A DNA stretch of 64,000 nt, taken from the NCBI GenBank assembly GCA_964450885.1, contig CAYVFE010000001.1, positions 65,301 through 129,300 on the forward strand, written 5' to 3'. The notes under the pieces were generated by a model. The model made no database searches. It worked only from the letters and a program-made list of their open reading frames with translations, and was not told where the DNA came from. Source of the stretch: an uncultured Gammaproteobacteria bacterium (GTDB taxonomy: Bacteria; Patescibacteriota; Microgenomatia; Levybacterales; GWA1-39-11). The translations under genes and the position numbers were made by a program. Numbering within the stretch: the first letter of the stretch is position 1; every line of letters begins with the position of its first letter. Shown here piece by piece: positions 58,194 to 64,000 of this stretch.

Positions 58194-58877
58194 TTATTTA
58201 TGAGTCCTCAGCATATTTCCGATAATTTTTGCAATCCTTGCTGGTTGTGGTGCCCTGTCAAATTCTATATTTGGTTCTGCTCCTGCGGTTTGGATATAAA
58301 CATCACCAAAATTAAAAAGAGACGGCAAAAATCCCACCTGACTGTATTTAACATCTTGTATCAGATTTATTCTGCTTTCTGCAGTGTCTTTGTATAATAC
58401 TCCACGGATGTCAATATCCTTAATGCGTTTGTTCGTCACAATTCCGATATGGAAATACCACAGTGAAAATTTAGTTAACATAAATCCAAAAACAACCAGC
58501 AGATAGAATGCTATGAGTATAGTGGATTGGATGGGGGTCAGCGGGGCGATGGGTAAAGAGGCGATCATGAACGGGAATAGGATGGGGCCTATAATCGCCA
58601 GAAAGACACCGGTTGCAATCCAGGGTAGGTTGACTATAAAACGCCTTCTTATGAGAAGTATTATTTCCTCATCGTGTTCTTGGTTTATAAATTTTACATT
58701 TTTGGGGTAGTAACAATATGATGAATAGAAGTGGGGGGAGGATTTTTTTTCGGGTTTGACAAGTCCGTAGTCGTGTTCCTCCTTTACTGGTGTACTTTCT
58801 ATTGCGGTCGAAGCTTCGGCTGGCGATAGATTTTCTCCTTCCAGTTCAAATTCTCCAGATAAGGTATTTTCAGACAT
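58194..58877 (-). CDS. bacterial PH-domain (YdbT/bPH_2-like) membrane protein
   Basis: Two TM helices followed by a PH-like pattern. Confidence 0.5.
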   Translation of the reverse strand: MSENTLSGEFELEGENLSPAEASTAIESTPVKEEHDYGLVKPEKKSSPHFYSSYCYYPKNVKFINQEHDEEIILLIRRRFIVNLPWIATGVFLAIIGPILFPFMIASLPIAPLTPIQSTILIAFYLLVVFGFMLTKFSLWYFHIGIVTNKRIKDIDIRGVLYKDTAESRINLIQDVKYSQVGFLPSLFNFGDVYIQTAGAEPNIEFDRAPQPARIAKIIGNMLRTHK

Positions 58878-58930
58878 ATGGCTAATTATAGCAAATCAGC
58901 CGGTTATTAGCTGGGATTTTGGAGTTATGG

Positions 58931-60625
58931 CTACTTTTTCTCGATGTTGAAGAAAGCGAATCCGCTTTGGGGGATAGATAGTCTTCCTGGCGCACGCAGG
59001 TTAAAGGCTTTCTTGAATTCTTCCCCAGACATAGATACTCCATTTATGGTGACACTGTTCGTGTTTCCGTTTCCTTGAGTTACAGTAACACTTGTTGCCT
59101 GGCTTATTCCTCCTCTTCCAGATACTAAATTCTTTAGCTCATCCATGCTGTATGGATTTCCTCCCCAGCAAGAAGTCGTAACAGGTGTTATCCGCCCAGT
59201 ATCTATGCCGTCGCTATTTTTCAGTGCTATCGCAGCATTTACGATATCTGCCATTTCGTTAGGGCTAAGCCATGGATTTGAACGTCCGCATGTGTCGCCT
59301 GAGTTGCTATACCCCTGCCTCCACCAGGCTTTATATAACCAGGGAGAGCCCCCGATTTTGTCATATGCTCTGTCTATAAAATCTCCCCCACCTTTTCCAT
59401 CGGTCGTATCCCAACCTATCGGACTTGCAAAACCACCGTGAGTCGAAGCGTAATAGGTGACGACATCTTCAAGGACCTTCCCGCGCGTGTCCTCGACTGC
59501 TTGTCGCCATGCATCGGGAGGATTATCAGCTTTACCAGAATTAAATACCTGGCACGCCTCATTTGTACAAATTTCAAGACCGTCCCTTTTGTAGCGATAA
59601 GCATAAGTTCTTGCTGCAATCGCTTGGGCTTTTAGCGCTTCAGGATGCCAACTTGATGGCATTTCTGCGATTCCCAAAAGATAGCGCCCCTCGAAATCCA
59701 TTTCTCCGTAACCTGCTACTTTTATATTGCCTCCTGTATCTTTGTCAACAGGTTCTTTGCCATAATATGCGTTAAGAATTTGATTTACGTTTTGACCGCT
59801 TTGTGCTCTTCCCCGCGCTCCATATTGACTCATACCCTTTCTATGTGTATATCCTCCGAATGAAAAAACAGCAAAATAACCACCAGGCGCGGATTCGTTA
59901 AAGCCTTTGATGGAGGAGAGATATTCATCTGCCAGCTCGCCCGATCCTATAGATGCAGTAAATCCTCCTGAGCGGGCATTTATAATCTCGTTTTGTCGGG
60001 CAGACAGGTCTGCTATCTGACCTGTCAGGGTGGACTGGTATTCCTTGGCTCCCAATACGACCTTTTCTATCTCGTCGCGTTCTTTGTCTAACGCAGATTT
60101 GGCACTGGCCAGCATCTTTTCTTCGCTTTCGAGCTTTGTCCTTCTTTCTTCTAGGTCGACAAGCTTCAGGGCAGTACTTGTTATTGCTGATTTATCACGT
60201 TCAGCATCCCGTTTTTGATATGTCAGAAACTTTATGAATTCCGATGGATCGGCGCTTGAAAAGAAAAGTAGAAGCGGAGAAAGAGAATAAGTTTTTATAT
60301 AGGAGTTTTTGACTATCGCATTAAAGTTCTCTTGCTGCTCCCCAAGTTCTTCGTATCCTTGGGCGATATTTTCTCTTTTTACGGCAAGATCTGCTTCTAT
60401 GGCGTTAACCCTTGCTTCGATATTTGAAAGCCGGGATTTTAAGTTATTCAGCTGTCCCTCGAGCGGAACTGTAGCTTTTTTTGAGGCATCAAGTGCTTGT
60501 TGAAGCTCTGCAATTTCCTTTGTTATCTCATCGAGCTCATCAGAATAAACTGGAGAAAGGTTAGTATAAAAAAGTGCCCACAGAGGGATAAGAGTCATAA
60601 GAATTATGATCAGGAATTTTTTCAT
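58931..60625 (-). CDS. SpoIID/LytB domain protein with N-terminal coiled coil
   Basis: Signal/TM, a long coiled-coil, then the SpoIID/LytB motif GYTHRKGMSQYGARG. Confidence 0.65.
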   Translation of the reverse strand: MKKFLIIILMTLIPLWALFYTNLSPVYSDELDEITKEIAELQQALDASKKATVPLEGQLNNLKSRLSNIEARVNAIEADLAVKRENIAQGYEELGEQQENFNAIVKNSYIKTYSLSPLLLFFSSADPSEFIKFLTYQKRDAERDKSAITSTALKLVDLEERRTKLESEEKMLASAKSALDKERDEIEKVVLGAKEYQSTLTGQIADLSARQNEIINARSGGFTASIGSGELADEYLSSIKGFNESAPGGYFAVFSFGGYTHRKGMSQYGARGRAQSGQNVNQILNAYYGKEPVDKDTGGNIKVAGYGEMDFEGRYLLGIAEMPSSWHPEALKAQAIAARTYAYRYKRDGLEICTNEACQVFNSGKADNPPDAWRQAVEDTRGKVLEDVVTYYASTHGGFASPIGWDTTDGKGGGDFIDRAYDKIGGSPWLYKAWWRQGYSNSGDTCGRSNPWLSPNEMADIVNAAIALKNSDGIDTGRITPVTTSCWGGNPYSMDELKNLVSGRGGISQATSVTVTQGNGNTNSVTINGVSMSGEEFKKAFNLRAPGRLSIPQSGFAFFNIEKK

Positions 60626-60667
60626 GCAACTTAATTATAACAGGGATAATAAAGTCGTGCGGTGAGG

Positions 60668-60739
60668 TGGGCATGCTTGGAATTGAACCAAGGACATCCA
60701 TTTTATAAGAATGGCGCTCTACCCCTGAGCTACATGCCC
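60668..60739 (-). tRNA. tRNA-Ile (anticodon UAU)
   Basis: Reverse complement folds as GGGCATG-TA-GCTC-AGGGGTA-GAGC-G-CCATT-CTTATAA-AATGG-ATGTC-CTTGG-TTCAATT-CCAAG-CATGCCC-A. Anticodon TAT. Confidence 0.65.
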
Positions 60740-60785
60740 GCAATAACCCAAAAGTTATACGTTGCTTATTATAACAAAGATTTAT

Positions 60786-63173
60786 CTATCTGCGAGGGAC
60801 CCCTGGAATAGAGCTTGATGTAGGCGGTGGAATATCCAGGTCTGATCGGGAATTTATCTCTTCTTCGACGATATCCCGCGCCCGTCCATACTTGAGTCTT
60901 GAGAGCTCTTTAATAAGCTCTGCGACTCTAGGGTTTTCTCTTGCTTTCTCTTCCTCTATATCACGAGTCAGATCCATAGAGAATGGGGTTGTTGGCTCTC
61001 CTCCTACAAGAGTTTTTACATATGCATGGAAACGTTCGACATTTATAAGGTCTGCTTCTGCAAATGTGGGTTGAAATTCATGTTGAAGATAATTTGCATC
61101 ACTGACACCTACTCTAAACGAAGCTATAGTTCCTACATTTCCAAATATGGCATTTTTTACTTCTTCATCAATTTGTCCTATGAATTGATTTGCGACTGTC
61201 AAATTTAGTCTATATTTTCGCGCCTCAGAGAGTATTTGCGCAAAGTCGGGGGTAGCAAAATTCTGGAACTCATCGACATAGAGGAAGAAGTCACGGCGTT
61301 TATCCTGAGAAATATCTTGTCGACTCATGGCAGCAACTAGGAGTCGTGGTACCATAAGAAGCCCTAAAAAGCTTGAGTTTTCTTCTCCAATTTTACCTTT
61401 TGCGAGGGAAATTAGAAGTATCTTACCTTCATCCATGACTTGCCGGAAATCAAATGAGCTCTTGCTTTGTCCTATCATATTCCTCATCATTTTATTTGTG
61501 ACGAACCTTCCGAATTTAGAAGTTATATAGTCTAGGACTTCGGATTTATGAAAGTCTGATGTCTGTGCGATTTGATCTGTCCAGTAGCGTCTAATGATAG
61601 GATCAGACACTTTGGGTAGGAGTTTTTGAACATAGTTTTGGTCAGTAAGCACGCGAACAAGTTCAACAAAAGTCGTACCCGGTTCGCTCATAACAGTAAG
61701 CATCGCATTGCGGACTGCATGCTCAAATCTAGGACCAATTATCCCGGTTCTTTGTGGGTCATAGAGCTTGTAGAAAAGATTGATGATAGAACCAGTGACA
61801 AAATGTTTTTGGTCCTCAGTCTCAGCGTCAAGCATATTTATACCCATAGGACGCTCTGTGTCTGATGGGTCAAAAAGGATTACGTCCTCAGCTCTTTCAG
61901 GTGGGATAAGAGGTAATATCTGATCGATAGTATCATGTGGATCTATAAAACATACTCCCTCACCATTTCTGATGTCCTGTAGGATCATATCTTTTAGAAA
62001 TTCTGATTTTCCGACACCAGTTTTTCCTATGATGTACATGTGACGTCTTCTGTCATCGCGTTCGATAAATACTTTTTTCTCCTGACTTCTATATATGCTT
62101 TTTCCAAGATACAGTCCTGTCGTAGGCATTTTTGCAGGCGCTGGTGCAGTGCGGGCTGCAAGCCAGTTGATATGAGGATTTTCGATTGCCTTGTTAGGGA
62201 AATGGAAAATTGCTGCTAATTCTTCGGGATTGAGAACAGACCCTTTTTTGAGAAGCGGGACATGGCGGTAGATAAAATCTACCATCATCATGCCTTTAAA
62301 AAATTTCGGCGAGTATTTAGTGAATGAATTGAAAGACGAAAACTGAGTGAAGGCACCAACTATATTTCCTAGGTGTGCCTCAGCTGCTTCTTTGCTGGAT
62401 GACACAGTGACTATCCTTATATAAGTGGAGAATCCTGGTTTTGAGATCTTATTTTCGATTGCTTCAAGCTCTTTCTGGTCTGTTGAATAACTTGCGGTCT
62501 CGGGGTCTGCTTCATTTTTCTTTTCTTTTGAGATGTGGGCCCGTCCAGCCTTACTCCATTTGGAATCTGCGGGAGTTATTAAGATTTGTATCGCAGCAGA
62601 TTCTCCTTCCTGCATTTTTCCTAAAGTACTGACGACAGTTGCCATAGGATCTACTGCAAGGTCCTTATAGAATTTGATCGGCAGATAATCTGATTTTTTG
62701 AGATGAAGACTTGTGAAGGCTACTTTTCCGTTGTCGGTCTCGAAGATATTATAATCTTCCATTTCCTGAATATGGGCGTCGGGGTAAGCTCCATTTATCT
62801 GTTTTTCAACCATATCTTGAAGTTTTCTGGGAACTCCAACATAAAATCTGATGTCTCCGGGCTTTGCTACAATCTCGAAAGTAATGCTATCTGGAACCTT
62901 TGAAAAACTCAGCATGCCCTCAGCTGTAGAAAGAGATGCAAAACTTGAAAAGAGCTGTTCTGCCGCATCTATCTTTATTTCGTTATCGCGGGGTAATTTT
63001 ACTTCAATAAGGACAGATTCAAGCGATCTTTTATGCCTGTCTCGGGCCCGAAACCAGACTCCGGACCCGAAAACTGATGCTATAGCACCAGCAACTATAA
63101 GACCGGAGATAATAATCCCGATTACTAGCGTTTGAATAAGTTGGATTATGCCTGAAGCATCTAGTAGTTCCAT
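60786..63173 (-). CDS. VirD4/TraG-like type IV coupling protein (T4CP) ATPase
   Basis: 795 aa. Two N-terminal TM helices, Walker A GKTGVGKSEF, Walker B FFLYVDEF, and a C-terminal RKYRLNLTVANQFIGQ block typical of T4CPs. Confidence 0.7.
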   Translation of the reverse strand: MELLDASGIIQLIQTLVIGIIISGLIVAGAIASVFGSGVWFRARDRHKRSLESVLIEVKLPRDNEIKIDAAEQLFSSFASLSTAEGMLSFSKVPDSITFEIVAKPGDIRFYVGVPRKLQDMVEKQINGAYPDAHIQEMEDYNIFETDNGKVAFTSLHLKKSDYLPIKFYKDLAVDPMATVVSTLGKMQEGESAAIQILITPADSKWSKAGRAHISKEKKNEADPETASYSTDQKELEAIENKISKPGFSTYIRIVTVSSSKEAAEAHLGNIVGAFTQFSSFNSFTKYSPKFFKGMMMVDFIYRHVPLLKKGSVLNPEELAAIFHFPNKAIENPHINWLAARTAPAPAKMPTTGLYLGKSIYRSQEKKVFIERDDRRRHMYIIGKTGVGKSEFLKDMILQDIRNGEGVCFIDPHDTIDQILPLIPPERAEDVILFDPSDTERPMGINMLDAETEDQKHFVTGSIINLFYKLYDPQRTGIIGPRFEHAVRNAMLTVMSEPGTTFVELVRVLTDQNYVQKLLPKVSDPIIRRYWTDQIAQTSDFHKSEVLDYITSKFGRFVTNKMMRNMIGQSKSSFDFRQVMDEGKILLISLAKGKIGEENSSFLGLLMVPRLLVAAMSRQDISQDKRRDFFLYVDEFQNFATPDFAQILSEARKYRLNLTVANQFIGQIDEEVKNAIFGNVGTIASFRVGVSDANYLQHEFQPTFAEADLINVERFHAYVKTLVGGEPTTPFSMDLTRDIEEEKARENPRVAELIKELSRLKYGRARDIVEEEINSRSDLDIPPPTSSSIPGVPRR

Positions 63174-63176
63174 AAT

Positions 63177-63452
63177 TTAAAAATTTTGAGATAGTGGATT
63201 TTTTTGGAGATCGGATGATTGTGACGCTTTTTCGTCAATTTCAAACTGCTCTTCGTTTATAGAATCATCTGTAATAAGCACACTATCTCCCACGTGTTCT
63301 GCTCCAAAATCCTTTAAATCCTCATGTAGGTGGTGGCTGTCTACGTGCTCATTGTTAAAGGAAATAAACTCATCGAGTTCTATATCAATCTCAGGAATAA
63401 AAATATCTGATGTGTATTCAATGTGAGGATACAGTTTTCTAGGCTGATTCAT
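63177..63452 (-). CDS. small acidic protein upstream of VirD4-like gene
   Basis: 91 aa, acidic (E/D-rich). Ends 3 nt before the T4CP gene start. Confidence 0.35.
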   Translation of the reverse strand: MNQPRKLYPHIEYTSDIFIPEIDIELDEFISFNNEHVDSHHLHEDLKDFGAEHVGDSVLITDDSINEEQFEIDEKASQSSDLQKNPLSQNF

Positions 63453-63798
63453 ATATATAATGATAACATAGTAGGCGTTTTATTAGAAGTAAAGTGGATT
63501 ACAAAAAAGTACGAATTATCGCCTATTCTTTGTTATAATACTTTAGCGAAATTGTGAAGACTTTATACTCGCAATTCAAAAAAGTAAATTGCTCGTTTTG
63601 CAGTCTAAATTTCGCTTCTTAATCCCGATTGGCGGGATTACAGCAAAATCTCGTAGAGATTTTGAGTCAGAAAAAGTCCGTTAGAGTTTGGCATTTTGAT
63701 TTAATGCAAACTCCGAAGGAGTTTGAGTAAGGAGAAATACTCTGATAATTTGAAGTTTCGATTTATCGAAGCGAAAAGTTAAAGAGTAATTTTGACGA

Positions 63799-63887
63799 GG
63801 AGGAGTCGCATAGAGGCCCATTGCGGGGGTTTGCTAAATCCCTGAGTCGCAAGGCTCGCGCAGGTTCGAATCCTGTCTCCTCCGCCA
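63799..63887 (+). tRNA. tRNA-Ser (anticodon GCU)
   Basis: Acceptor GGAGGAG/CTCCTCC, anticodon loop TTGCTAA, long variable arm, T arm CAGG-TTCGAAT-CCTG, encoded CCA. Confidence 0.75.
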
Positions 63888-64000
63888 CGTCGCAAGTGGA
63901 CAACTGCTTTTTGTCTCTTGTTCCTTTATTAAAAATGCTAAAGCATTTTTACAAATTGCTGCGCAATTTAATAAAGAGGCGTATTTGTTATATAGCTGTA

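Overview
This 64 kb window reads like a chromosomal segment from a small, low-GC bacterial genome. It uses the standard genetic code, with TGA as a stop. Compact overlapping genes, many small DUF proteins and a dnaA-dnaN pair without recF suggest Candidate Phyla Radiation (Patescibacteria, possibly Saccharibacteria-like). That placement is inference only. Housekeeping content: rpe, comM, the dnaG-rpoD pair, mgtE, truB, nrdR followed by a class II B12-dependent ribonucleotide reductase (nrdJ) and a PduO-type corrinoid adenosyltransferase, comFC, and smpB convergent with a tmRNA gene I identified by hand. There are three tRNAs: Asn-GUU, Ser-GCU and an unusual Ile-UAU. The dnaA-dnaN pair carries a consensus DnaA box upstream of dnaA and an AT-rich, DnaA-box-like dnaA-dnaN spacer, so the replication origin is very likely inside this window. 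The main feature is a tightly packed, mostly minus-strand envelope locus of about 20 kb (28.7-48.4 kb) that resembles a Gram-positive or CPR-type type IV secretion/pilus system. It contains a VirB4 ATPase, a PrgI/VirB3-like membrane protein, a VirB6/TrbL-like polytopic protein, and four tandem paralogous T4SS-pilin-like genes, one fused to a large Cys-rich ectodomain. It also has an M23-like and a lytic-transglycosylase-like cell-wall hydrolase, a long coiled-coil tail-anchored protein, an unusual P-loop ATPase with a C-terminal OmpR-type winged helix, and a divergently transcribed 1301-aa orphan protein. A VirD4-like coupling ATPase sits separately at 60.8-63.2 kb among housekeeping genes. 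No relaxase, integrase or oriT-like element is visible, so this looks like a chromosomally fixed host-interaction or pilus apparatus rather than a conjugative element. Smaller observations: an accessory cluster of small detox/stress-type proteins (VOC/PhnB, YdeI, DUF1801, DUF2200, DUF1697, ArsR with two SRPBCC genes) next to tRNA-Asn; an ATP-grasp gene paired with a FemAB/GNAT-like gene; putative NrdR operator boxes; and several perfect palindromes in intergenic regions.
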